Source of the DNA: Patescibacteria group bacterium
GTDB lineage: Bacteria; Patescibacteriota; SICC01
Direction of reading: 5' to 3'
DNA length: 64,000 nt
Assembly: GCA_040902515.1 (NCBI GenBank)
Contig: JBBDXB010000006.1
Location: 499,419-563,418 of the forward strand
Position 1 is the stretch's first letter, and the number at the start of each line of letters is the position of its first letter. The notes beneath the pieces are model-generated. The model ran no database searches. It was not told where the DNA came from and saw only the letters and a program-made list of their open reading frames with translations. The translations under genes were made by a program, and so were the position numbers. Below, one piece after another: positions 37,567 through 46,264 of the stretch.

Positions 37567-38275
37567 ACGCGCCGCCGCGGACGTCCCCCGGCCGGTGATC
37601 CGCTACGAAGACGACGATCTGGCGGTGATCAGCAAGCCGGCGGGACTGGCGGTGCATCCCGGTGCGGGACGGCCGACCGGCACGCTGCTCGACTGGCTCG
37701 ACACGGCGATTCCGGCGACCCGGCGGCTCGAGCGCCATGGCCTGGTGCACCGGCTGGACCGGGACACCTCGGGGCTTTTGATCATCGCGAAGACCGATGC
37801 GGCGGCGCGGGACCTTTCCGCGCAGTTCCAGGATCGCCGCGTACGGAAATGGTACCGGGCACTCGTGGAGGGAACGCCTGCCAAGCCGACCGCCGAGATC
37901 GACGCGCCGATTGCCCGGCACCACGCCGACCGCAAACGCTACGCCGTCCGGCCGGACGGCAAGCCGGCCTCGACGACGTACCGGACGGTGCATGCGTATC
38001 CGGGTCGGACGCTGCTTGAGGTGGAGCCCAGGACCGGCCGGACCCACCAGATCCGCGTGCACCTGGCGGCGCTGCGACATCCGATCGTCGGGGATGCGGT
38101 GTACGGCATGACGGATCCCGACCTCGGCCGCCAGTTCCTGCACGCCACCAAGCTCCGGTTCACGCATCCGCGGACGAAACGCTCCTTGACCGTCGAGGAC
38201 CCGCTCCCGGATGATTTGAAGGTGTTCCTGCGGGAATCGGACAAGCGCACCCGGGAATCCGACACAAGCACATGA
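37559..38275 (+). CDS. RluA-family pseudouridine synthase
   Basis: KPAGLAVHP, VHRLDRDTSG, TGRTHQIRVH and HPIVGD motifs; GTG start overlapping lspA. Confidence 0.93.
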   Translation: MVERAAADVPRPVIRYEDDDLAVISKPAGLAVHPGAGRPTGTLLDWLDTAIPATRRLERHGLVHRLDRDTSGLLIIAKTDAAARDLSAQFQDRRVRKWYRALVEGTPAKPTAEIDAPIARHHADRKRYAVRPDGKPASTTYRTVHAYPGRTLLEVEPRTGRTHQIRVHLAALRHPIVGDAVYGMTDPDLGRQFLHATKLRFTHPRTKRSLTVEDPLPDDLKVFLRESDKRTRESDTST

Positions 38276-38868
38276 GCAAGACCGCAGACCAGCGTGGAGC
38301 ATTGATCGTCGTGACGGGCCCGTCCGGCGTCGGCAAGGGCACGCTGATCCGGATTATCCGGGAGCGGATCCCGCATCTCGCATACTCCGTGTCGGCAACC
38401 ACGCGGCCGCGCCGGGAGGGGGAACAGGAAGGAGTCGACTACTACTTCCTGTCACCCGAAGAATTCGACCGTCGGATTGCCGCCGGGGAATTCGTCGAGC
38501 ACGCGGAATATGCCGGATACCAATACGGCACGCTCCGGAGCGAGGTCGAACGGCATCTCAAGAGCGGTGATTCCGTCGTTCTGGAAATCGATGTGCAGGG
38601 CGCGCGACAGATCCGCCGGAGCATCCCGGAAGCCACATTGATCTTCGTTTCCCCACCGAGTGCTGCCGAACTGGAGCGTCGGCTGCGCGAGCGGGGCACG
38701 GATACGCCGGAGCACATCGATAAACGCTTGGCGGTGGCCGTAGAGGAGCTCAAGGCGCGTCACGAATTCGACGCGGAGGTCGTCAACGACGATCTGGAAA
38801 CCGCCGCCCGGGAACTGACCGGGTTGGTCCGTGATGCGATCGCGCTCCGGGGCCAGGCGACCGGATAG
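38272..38868 (+). CDS. gmk: Guanylate kinase
   Basis: GPSGVGKGT, SATTRPRREGE..GVDYYF, YGT and EIDVQGA motifs. Confidence 0.97.
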   Translation: MSKTADQRGALIVVTGPSGVGKGTLIRIIRERIPHLAYSVSATTRPRREGEQEGVDYYFLSPEEFDRRIAAGEFVEHAEYAGYQYGTLRSEVERHLKSGDSVVLEIDVQGARQIRRSIPEATLIFVSPPSAAELERRLRERGTDTPEHIDKRLAVAVEELKARHEFDAEVVNDDLETAARELTGLVRDAIALRGQATG

Positions 38869-38877
38869 CTCTCGGGA

Positions 38878-39186
38878 TCAGGCCTGGGCCGGGCTACCGC
38901 CGCGGCCCTCGAAGTGCTCGATGCAGTAGAGCGGGCGAACCGGAGTGCCGTCGGCGTTCCGGGTGGGCTCGAACGGTACCTCGAAGCTAGTACCGCAGGA
39001 AGTGCACCGGACGGTCGCGCGGACCTTCTGTTCCTGCTTGGCGCGATCCTTGGCGCGGCAGGCGGGGCACTTCTTCGGGATGTTCGTGAGTCCCTTCTCG
39101 TTGAAGGACTTCGCTTCGCCGGCGGTGAAGGTGAACGTCTTCCCGCACTTGGCGCATTCGATCTGGTGGTCGCGTACTTCGATCAT
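38878..39186 (-). CDS. Zinc-ribbon domain protein (CxxC-x17-CxxC type)
   Basis: CAKCG.TFTFTAGE...PKKCPACR and CTSCG..VPFEP..RPLYC motifs. Confidence 0.85.
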   Translation of the reverse strand: MIEVRDHQIECAKCGKTFTFTAGEAKSFNEKGLTNIPKKCPACRAKDRAKQEQKVRATVRCTSCGTSFEVPFEPTRNADGTPVRPLYCIEHFEGRGGSPAQA

Positions 39187-39274
39187 CGGAGACGCATGAT
39201 AGCACGACCGGTCGTCTGAATCAAGTGATACGTAGCTTGGTTACGGTAAAAATACGTGAGGTACAATGGGGCCG

Positions 39275-40219
39275 ATGGCAACGCGCGAACGGTCATTCAT
39301 CGGGAACGACGGGGCGGTCGCCCGGCTCCGGAAGCGGGCCGCGGGTGCCGGGAACCATGCGTACCTGGTCACCGGCCCGGCCGGGGTCGGCAAGCGGACG
39401 CTCGCCGAACGGTTCGCCGCCGCGCTGCTGTGCACGGGCGACGCTCCGAAAGGCGATGGCCTGGCCGCTTGCGGCGCCTGCACCTCGTGCCGGCTGCGTG
39501 CGGCCGGCAACCATCCCGACTTCCATGAGCTGCCGCAAGAGGGGTCGGTCGGCATCGAGCAGGTGCGCGAGCTGACCCATACGCTGGAACTCCGTCCGCA
39601 TACCGGACGGTACCAGATCGGCATCATCCCGGAGGCCGGCCGGCTCGGAATCCCGGCCCAGAACGCGCTCCTGAAGGTGCTCGAGGAGCCGCCGTCCCGG
39701 GCCGTGCTGGTGCTGACGGCCACGTCCCCCGCGAGCCTGCTTCCGACGACGGTCTCGCGGTGCCAACGGATCGCACTCGGTCCCGTCGCGACCGAAGACC
39801 TCGCCGCCGCGTTGACGGAGCAGGGCGCGCCCGAGGCGGAGTCACTGGCTGCCCGCGCGGAGCACCGCCCGGGCAAAGCGATCCGCCTGCTGACGGACCC
39901 GGCCGTCTCGGAAGCGGCCGCGGCGCAGGAGGCGGCGTTGTTCGAGGTACTGGGAGCTTCCGTTCCCGGACGCCTGGCCAGTGCCAAGGCACTGGCCGAG
40001 GACCGCGACGCGCTCCGCGAGACGCTCGATACCTGGATCGGCATCTTCCGTTCCTCGCTCCGGGAAGACGCCACGCCGGCCGGCCGGAAGCTTACTGAAC
40101 AACTGTCTGCCTCGCAGCGGAGCGCCGGATTGGTCAGGCTATTTGCCGCGCGGCGAAATCTTCGCTACAATCCCAACACTCAGCTACTTATTGAGCATCT
40201 GCTGCTCAACCTAAGCTAA
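39275..40219 (+). CDS. holB: DNA polymerase III subunit delta'
   Basis: HAYLVTGPAGVGK, CGACTSC, HPDF, QNALLKVLEEP and TTVSRC motifs. Confidence 0.92.
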   Translation: MATRERSFIGNDGAVARLRKRAAGAGNHAYLVTGPAGVGKRTLAERFAAALLCTGDAPKGDGLAACGACTSCRLRAAGNHPDFHELPQEGSVGIEQVRELTHTLELRPHTGRYQIGIIPEAGRLGIPAQNALLKVLEEPPSRAVLVLTATSPASLLPTTVSRCQRIALGPVATEDLAAALTEQGAPEAESLAARAEHRPGKAIRLLTDPAVSEAAAAQEAALFEVLGASVPGRLASAKALAEDRDALRETLDTWIGIFRSSLREDATPAGRKLTEQLSASQRSAGLVRLFAARRNLRYNPNTQLLIEHLLLNLS

Positions 40220-40222
40220 ACC

Positions 40223-41083
40223 ATGCTAACCGCACTCGTCCTCCTCGCCCTCGTCGCCGGCATCGTGTATGCCTCGCGCCGCTGGCCGGACGTGGAAGCG
40301 CGGGTATTCGGCGTGGACAACGTGGATGTACCCCAGGCCGAGACCGGGGAACCGGAAGGATCGCCGGTGGAGCGTACGACCGAGGCGGTCCGTGAACACG
40401 CCCGTCAGGCCGGAGAGGTCGCGGACCGGACCGTCCACAAGGTGACGGAGATCGCCGGCGGGTTGCTCCGGAAGAAACCGATCACGGCCGAGCCGGAGGT
40501 GCAGGAATCCAAGTCGAAACCGCAGGATGCGCCGGAAGAGCGCTCGGCGCCCGCCGCCGGCGCCTCGGAAGATTCCGCGATCGACGGGAAGCAGTCGGAA
40601 CCCGTTGCCGAAGAAGCGCCCGCCGCGGAACCGGAGCCCGAAGAATCGCCACAGCCGAATCCCGAACCGCCCCGGGAAGCCCCGCAGGTCCGGTCCGTCA
40701 CCCGGGCGCCCGGTGAGCGTGTGACCAGCATGCCGGCCCGGCCGTCGCAGCCGGCCTACCACGACGGCACGCGGAGCACGCCGGACAACTTCGAGCACCT
40801 CTCCGCCGAAGCCGACCAGGCCTGGCGGGACCGCGAATACGAGCGGTGCGAAGAAGCGTGCCTGAAGATCCTCGTCCAGCAGCCGAAGAACATCAAGTAC
40901 ATGACCCGGATCGGGCAGGTGTACCAGCAGCTCGGCCAGCTCGACGACGCCAAGGAAGCGTTCGAGGCGGCCAAGAAGCTCGACCCGCGGAACTTCTTCG
41001 TGCTCAACCGGCTGGCGGAGGTGGAGCGGATGCTCACCGACAAGAAGGGCCGGACCCAGTTCAACAAGGTCCTGAAGAAGTAG
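40223..41083 (+). CDS. Membrane-anchored TPR protein
   Basis: N-terminal TM, a Pro/Glu linker and C-terminal TPRs (IGQVYQQLGQLDDAKEAFEAA). Confidence 0.8.
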   Translation: MLTALVLLALVAGIVYASRRWPDVEARVFGVDNVDVPQAETGEPEGSPVERTTEAVREHARQAGEVADRTVHKVTEIAGGLLRKKPITAEPEVQESKSKPQDAPEERSAPAAGASEDSAIDGKQSEPVAEEAPAAEPEPEESPQPNPEPPREAPQVRSVTRAPGERVTSMPARPSQPAYHDGTRSTPDNFEHLSAEADQAWRDREYERCEEACLKILVQQPKNIKYMTRIGQVYQQLGQLDDAKEAFEAAKKLDPRNFFVLNRLAEVERMLTDKKGRTQFNKVLKK

Positions 41084-41147
41084 CGATCGCAAGCCGGTTG
41101 GCACATCGGGCCCGCTCCGCTTTTTCGTGTGTAAAATGGTATGGTAC

Positions 41148-41223
41148 GCCGAGATAGCTCAGTCGGCAGAGCGCATCCATGGTAAGGATGAGGTCCCGGG
41201 TTCGAATCCCGGTCTCGGCTCCA
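41148..41223 (+). tRNA. tRNA-Thr(GGT)
   Basis: Cloverleaf with anticodon arm CATCC-ATGGTAA-GGATG, GTTCGAATC T-loop and encoded CCA. Confidence 0.95.
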
Positions 41224-41245
41224 GGCCGATTAACAATCCGACCCT

Positions 41246-41329
41246 GCTGGGATACCGAAGCGGCCAAACGGGGCAGACTGTAAATCTGCTGGCTTTATGC
41301 CTTCGGGGGTTCGAATCCCTCTCCCAGCA
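41246..41329 (+). tRNA. tRNA-Tyr(GTA)
   Basis: Anticodon arm GCAGA-CTGTAAA-TCTGC, long variable arm and T-loop. Confidence 0.95.
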
Positions 41330-41392
41330 CAGACAGTTTTGCAAAGGCTTGGCGGGTTGCTATAGTAACCCGTTACAACCGAAACCCATCTC

Positions 41393-42121
41393 ATGAGTAA
41401 ATCCATTGATTTAAGTGAAGTCAGATCCGCGGAAGCCGAGGCGGTAGCCGCCAGCGAAGAGAGGAAAGAGAAATTCGCAGCACTCGACGGAATGAATCAG
41501 GAACTGTATGACCGGGTGCGTGCCGGCGAGACGACCGGTGATCGACTGATCGACCATGTCATCCTCCGTAACCACAAACTCGACCAGGAAGCGGTCGATT
41601 TGTTCCGTTCGCTCGAGGAACGCGTGGCGGCACATGCCAACGAGCCGGTACTGGTGATCTCGCGCGGCGTCAACTACCGGACACATGTGTTCGGTAAAGG
41701 CTGGAAGGATCCATATGTAGTGGAACGCAGGGCTCTCGGTATCCTGGCGAGGCCGGAGTTGGTCATCCGCGAAGAAGGCCAGTGGGGATTCCCTACCGAC
41801 TCTTACGTCTGCACAGGAAGTGAACATGACGTGCGCACAGGTTCGTTGACGACCAGGAGACCGGGAAAGTTCACATGGTCGCAAGATTGTCCGCTGGAAG
41901 GTGCCCTGGATACGCCGGTGCAAGTCGATCCGGGTGATGTCCTCAGGGGACTGAGAGGCGGTGGCAGTCCTGCCCAACTTGAGATTGCGATCGGTACGGA
42001 AGAGGTAGAGGCGAAGGTCAGGGAATCGCTTTTCTTTGACGACGATCAGTATCGGTCCATGCTTGACCAGTTGATGCAGTTTCCCGAAGGCGACGTTGCC
42101 GCGGATTCTGATCGACGCTGA
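41393..42121 (+). CDS. Hypothetical protein
   Basis: 242-aa ORF between tRNA genes. Confidence 0.7.
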   Translation: MSKSIDLSEVRSAEAEAVAASEERKEKFAALDGMNQELYDRVRAGETTGDRLIDHVILRNHKLDQEAVDLFRSLEERVAAHANEPVLVISRGVNYRTHVFGKGWKDPYVVERRALGILARPELVIREEGQWGFPTDSYVCTGSEHDVRTGSLTTRRPGKFTWSQDCPLEGALDTPVQVDPGDVLRGLRGGGSPAQLEIAIGTEEVEAKVRESLFFDDDQYRSMLDQLMQFPEGDVAADSDRR

Positions 42122-42194
42122 GCCGCCTCTCGGATTCGAACCGAGGACCTACTGTTTACAAAACAGTTGCTCTGGCCAACTGAGCTAAGGCGGC
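42121..42194 (-). tRNA. tRNA-Thr(TGT)
   Basis: Minus strand reads GCCGCCTTAGCTCAGTTGG...ACTGT-TTTGTAA-ACAGT...GGTTCGAATCC...GGCGGCT. Confidence 0.95.
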
Positions 42195-42230
42195 GCGCCG
42201 TACGGCATACTCATGGTATCGTAATCTGGT

Positions 42231-42392
42231 ATGGCTAAGGACGTCCGACCAACGATCACGCTCGAATGCACGGTGTGCAAGGAGCACAACTACCACACGA
42301 CCAAGAACCGGCGGAATACGCAGGATCGGTTGGAGCTTAAGAAACACTGTCCGCGCTGCGGCAAGCACACGCTGCACAAGGAAACGAAGTAG
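42231..42392 (+). CDS. rpmG: 50S ribosomal protein L33 (Zn-binding type), absent from the ORF track
   Basis: [53 protein letters not shown]. Confidence 0.97.
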   Translation: MAKDVRPTITLECTVCKEHNYHTTKNRRNTQDRLELKKHCPRCGKHTLHKETK

Positions 42393-42467
42393 TCCGCGCC
42401 GTCGGGTGAAGCGGTGAGTGCACGCAGTGCGTTCGTAATGCCATAATGGCATTACGCTACGCGATTT

Positions 42468-42544
42468 AGGGGTGTAGCTCAGTCCGGCAGAGCACGGGTC
42501 TCCAAAACCCGGTGTCGGGGGTTCGAATCCCTCCACCCCTGCCA
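42468..42544 (+). tRNA. tRNA-Trp(CCA), integration target
   Basis: Anticodon arm CGGGT-CTCCAAA-ACCCG, T-loop and encoded CCA; follows rpmG as usual. Confidence 0.95.
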
Positions 42545-44131
42545 AGAGGTACGAACGGCTTCCAAAGCCTCGTTTCGTTCCTCGGTAGAGATATTTTTCG
42601 CGGTTCTAACCTTGTGATATTCGGCTTCAAGCGCCGGGTACTGTTTTTTGATCGGTTCAAACCATTCGTAGCTTGATAGACGGAATTTTCCGTCCTCAAT
42701 CAACGGGTTCGAACCTAAAGTCATCACGATCTCTTTTTTCTCGTCCGGCGTGCCTTTCTCGAAGCGAACCCGGGCATAGGTGGCGTAGTCGAAGACTTTC
42801 TCCGTAAGCTCGATCCACTTGTCGGCGCGGCTCTCAGTGTCCCGGATTTTCTCTCGAAGGCTCCGTAGCTCGGCCTGAAGTCGCTTCCGATGCGCCGTGA
42901 ACTCTTCGTCATCAATCTGCTGTCGCATGCGCATCCTCGTTAGTTCATCTAGCTCACCCTGAGTGTCCTCAGCCGTCCTGTTCAGGGATGCGTGAGTTTT
43001 CTGTCGATCCGCAATCTCGCGGTCGTTACGGCGGTTCAAACCCTCGATTGCCCACTGCCGAAATTCCGGGGCAATCGTGATACTGCTGAGTTCCTTGTCG
43101 ATTTGCTTCTCAAGCTCAGTGTCCCGCAGGAAAGTACGCTGAGTGCAATCCACGTCTTTCTTCTTGCGGGTGCAATGGTAATAGGTGTACAGGCCAACCT
43201 TTCCGGTTTTCTTTATGATTTTTCGCTTTGTCTCAGCCGTGTAAAGACAACCGCATTCGGCGCAACGGATCAGACCTGTGAACGCGAAAAGATACTTCTG
43301 TGGGCGCGGGCGACCGTCCCGGCCGAGCAGAAGCTGAACCTTATCGTATTCTTCCTTGGTGACCATCGGCTTATGCTTTCCCTCATACCACTGACCGCTC
43401 CCTTTGGGGTACTCGAACTCGCCGTAGTAGAGGGGGTTGGTGAAAATTTTGTAAATCGCGCTCTTGGAGAGCGTCCTGCCGCCAAGCCGCTTCATCTGCC
43501 GTGTGCGAAGCCCCCATTCGTCCGTTGCGACTTTCAGGATGCGTGGTGGCGTATACGCGCCGGTAAGCATCAATTCCCACATCTTTCTGACTAGGGCGTA
43601 CCGCTCCGCGTCGGGCGCTATCGGATCTTCTTCCTCGCCGCCGGTTTTATAGCCGAGCGGCGGTACATGGGGATACCAGCCGCGCTCCGCTTTTCCGCGA
43701 ATGCCACGTATAACGTTCTTGCTAAGGTCGAGAACATATTGGTTAGACATGCCGCTCTCGATATTGAAGAGCAGGACATTGTCATCGGTAAGGTACTCGC
43801 GCTCGTAGGTCAGAATGCTTCGCAGTACTCCCTGTTGAAGTTTCCATTGCAGGTTTGCGCTGTCGATTGGGTTTCGGGAAAGACGGTTAATTTGCCAACA
43901 TAAGATGCCGTCGGCTTCTCCGGCTTCAATCCGTTCAAGCATCTCAGCGAATGCCGGTCGGTTGTTCGGCTTCTTCGCCGATTTCGACTCGGTGAAAACC
44001 TCTTTGACTTTCAACCTTCGCTCAGAGGCAATCTCTTTCAGGCGATTTAATTGATCCTCAATCGACTGCACTTGTCGATCTTCGCTTTCAGAAGACTTGC
44101 GGGCGTAAAGAAAGTAAGTGTTCTGGCTCAT
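42479..44131 (-). CDS. Large serine recombinase (resolvase + recombinase + Zn-ribbon)
   Basis: YARKSSE (catalytic Ser), NRLSRN, PLGY, NPLYYG and CAECG...YYHC motifs. The 3' end runs antisense through tRNA-Trp. Confidence 0.95.
   Translation of the reverse strand: MSQNTYFLYARKSSESEDRQVQSIEDQLNRLKEIASERRLKVKEVFTESKSAKKPNNRPAFAEMLERIEAGEADGILCWQINRLSRNPIDSANLQWKLQQGVLRSILTYEREYLTDDNVLLFNIESGMSNQYVLDLSKNVIRGIRGKAERGWYPHVPPLGYKTGGEEEDPIAPDAERYALVRKMWELMLTGAYTPPRILKVATDEWGLRTRQMKRLGGRTLSKSAIYKIFTNPLYYGEFEYPKGSGQWYEGKHKPMVTKEEYDKVQLLLGRDGRPRPQKYLFAFTGLIRCAECGCLYTAETKRKIIKKTGKVGLYTYYHCTRKKKDVDCTQRTFLRDTELEKQIDKELSSITIAPEFRQWAIEGLNRRNDREIADRQKTHASLNRTAEDTQGELDELTRMRMRQQIDDEEFTAHRKRLQAELRSLREKIRDTESRADKWIELTEKVFDYATYARVRFEKGTPDEKKEIVMTLGSNPLIEDGKFRLSSYEWFEPIKKQYPALEAEYHKVRTAKNISTEERNEALEAVRTSWQGWRDSNPRHRVLETRALPD
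42534..42545 (+). repeat. attL core CACCCCTGCCAA
   Basis: Last 11 nt of tRNA-Trp plus 1 nt; identical to 62062-62073. Confidence 0.8.
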
Positions 44132-44139
44132 GAGAGGCT

Positions 44140-44261
44140 CCTCAAGGGGCGAGTCCTGGCTGTTCCAGTCCGCTGCTCATACGAGTAGTTTTCTGGCAGA
44201 ACCCGCCCCTTGAGGGCAGGAAACAGAAAACTCGTATGAAGCGGGTGGGACATGGAACAGC
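44140..44261 (-). promoter_or_regulatory. Interleaved inverted repeats over the recombinase RBS (putative RNA switch)
   Basis: A (44140-58) pairs with A' (44197-215), and B (44159-95) pairs with B' (44224-61). Confidence 0.6.
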
Positions 44262-44268
44262 ATTCTTA

Positions 44269-44460
44269 TTATACGCCCTCCCGCTTGGCGTCGCGCTCTC
44301 GAATTTTTCCAACGTCGCCCTCCGTGATCGGCTGATATACGAGACTCATTGTTCGCAGAACTAACTCACCCTTTTCCCGGGCTTCCTCATGGCTCAGGAC
44401 AACCCCGAATTTCTTCTTATAGATTTTTTGAAATCCAGCGATTTCGGATTGAGTGAGCAT
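44269..44460 (-). CDS. Small element-associated protein (paralog of 60166-60423)
   Basis: MLTQSEIAGFQKIYKKKFG..LS.EEARE.G..VY.P.T. Confidence 0.75.
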   Translation of the reverse strand: MLTQSEIAGFQKIYKKKFGVVLSHEEAREKGELVLRTMSLVYQPITEGDVGKIRERDAKREGV

Positions 44461-44475
44461 TGGGTAAAACGGCTG

Positions 44476-45483
44476 TTACTTAGGGAGGTCAGTTTTACCC
44501 TTTTGGTCAGCACTCTTTCGCGGTAACGAGTAGAAGAGTTTTTTCTTTTCACCGCGCCGTTCGATGATTTCACCACTCTTCACAAGGTCTTTTACTACTT
44601 CGCGCAGTAGCTTGTCTGACGCACTCACATCCGAAGCCCGAACTTTTTCGAACAGCTCTTGTTGGTAGAGGGGATCATCTTGTTCACCGATTAGATCGGG
44701 AATACACTTCTTTGCCTCATTACGGCTGGAAATTGCTTCATCAACCTCTCCGGCAAACTCGAGAGATACGAGCTGGCCGTCAGTGACAATATCGAGACGA
44801 AACGGCTTTGCTTCTGGCTGATGCCGCAGTTTTGTTTGGTGGATAATCAGGTAATCGTCTTTCTTGCGGATTGCTAGGTGGCAATCCACGGCCGCGAGGA
44901 TGTCTGACGAACCACGCATATCTTGGGCAGGGTTAGAACGTCCCGGCCCTTGTTTACGGTTGTGGTGAGTGAAAAGCACGGCGATTCCCGCGGCCTTAAA
45001 CTGACTGAGCAACTTTGCAACGCCCGCCATCTTTCCAGCGTCGTTTTCATCTTCACCGTGGATCCTGACAAGGGAGTCGAAGATCACCAGTCCGATTTCA
45101 AATTCCTTGCATAGTTCCAATAGCTCTTCGACTTTTTTTACCGACAGAGAGAAATTTTGGTATGAACGAAAATAGATTGGCAATTCCGAGTCTGCAGACA
45201 AAGCGGTAAGTCGTTTTTTCAGCAGAGGAGGACCGCTTTCCTCATCCACAATAAGAACTCCGGTCTGATCAGTCGCAAACTTACTGCACAACTGCGACCC
45301 GGAAGCGACGCTCAAAGCCGCCTGTAGTACTAGCCAAGTCTTATACGAAGCTGGCGCCCCAGAAAGTGCAGTGATGCCCGTGGCAGGGATTAGACTTTCG
45401 ACCACCCACTCCACGGGCGGAAACTCCATCCCCATCAAATGGGAGAGCGTGAGAACCGAGAAATTGTCATTTTTGGTTTCCAT
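44476..45483 (-). CDS. AAA_25/RepA-like helicase ATPase
   Basis: WVVESLIP, GAPASYKT (Walker A), VIFDSL, THHNRK and RGSS motifs. Confidence 0.88.
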   Translation of the reverse strand: METKNDNFSVLTLSHLMGMEFPPVEWVVESLIPATGITALSGAPASYKTWLVLQAALSVASGSQLCSKFATDQTGVLIVDEESGPPLLKKRLTALSADSELPIYFRSYQNFSLSVKKVEELLELCKEFEIGLVIFDSLVRIHGEDENDAGKMAGVAKLLSQFKAAGIAVLFTHHNRKQGPGRSNPAQDMRGSSDILAAVDCHLAIRKKDDYLIIHQTKLRHQPEAKPFRLDIVTDGQLVSLEFAGEVDEAISSRNEAKKCIPDLIGEQDDPLYQQELFEKVRASDVSASDKLLREVVKDLVKSGEIIERRGEKKKLFYSLPRKSADQKGKTDLPK

Positions 45484-45950
45484 TACTGCTCAATTCTTGC
45501 CATGTACACAGCAACGCTGAACGGCATCGCATGGATATTAGTGATGTATGCGATGGTATCGCCACCGATAGCGCATTCACCGCACCAGAAAGTGTTACTG
45601 TCTGGAAACACCTGAAACTCCTTCGTGTGATGAGCGAAAGGGCAGGACGGAACATTTTTTTGAGAACCTTTATCTTTCTCCATATAGATGACATCCCGAA
45701 GAGGAAGGTCTTGGGCGTACTGGATATCACATCTCCATGTATGACCAGTGATGTCGTTGACGAAAGGATTGAATAACAGTTTCAGTCGTGAACGGAGACT
45801 CAGGTATTCGTTCCAGTGGCCGTCGCATGTACACCACCGACTACCCCTAACTTCACAAAGTAGATTTCTTATCACCCAAAACTTCGTTCTTACACATTCG
45901 GTCAGGACGAAAAGAAGAGAGTATTTGATTTGTTTCTTATCTGCCCGCAT
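45483..45950 (-). CDS. CHC2 zinc-finger (primase Zn-binding-like) protein
   Basis: CPFAHH...F...NTFWCGECAIGGDTI. Confidence 0.7.
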   Translation of the reverse strand: MRADKKQIKYSLLFVLTECVRTKFWVIRNLLCEVRGSRWCTCDGHWNEYLSLRSRLKLLFNPFVNDITGHTWRCDIQYAQDLPLRDVIYMEKDKGSQKNVPSCPFAHHTKEFQVFPDSNTFWCGECAIGGDTIAYITNIHAMPFSVAVYMARIEQ

Positions 45951-46179
45951 GGAGTCGATCCTTGATTAGCTTGGTGTGTACTAAAACGACGCGAGGGTTA
46001 AGTGACAGTTGGTCTTTGTAGAAGGCTTCGGCATCCTGCTCGGCCGAGCCTGAATTAGAAAATTGGAACACAGAACGACTGTGGTTCGTGCGATCCACAG
46101 TTTCGAGATGATGGCCGAGAGCGCTGAGCGCAGTGGCCAAATGGAAATCAGAAGTATCGAATGTATCTGCTTGCTTCAT
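45937..46179 (-). CDS. DUF5659-like small protein
   Basis: TSDFHLATAL...VDRTN.SRSVFQF..LIKDRL pattern, recognised from memory. Confidence 0.6.
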   Translation of the reverse strand: MKQADTFDTSDFHLATALSALGHHLETVDRTNHSRSVFQFSNSGSAEQDAEAFYKDQLSLNPRVVLVHTKLIKDRLHAGR

Positions 46180-46264
46180 AATCGGTTCATAAAAAGCCGG
46201 AGCTTTACTCCGACAATATGAGGCAACAGATTAACCGCCTAGTTGGGTGGGAAAAGTGAAATAT

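Noticed and set aside
42156-42699. ORFs overlapping the tRNAs and rpmG (42156-42545, 42466-42699); likewise 41061-41396
   Set aside because: These are translations of tRNA sequence (GFEP/RDSNP-type peptides). Only the recombinase tail is part of a real gene.
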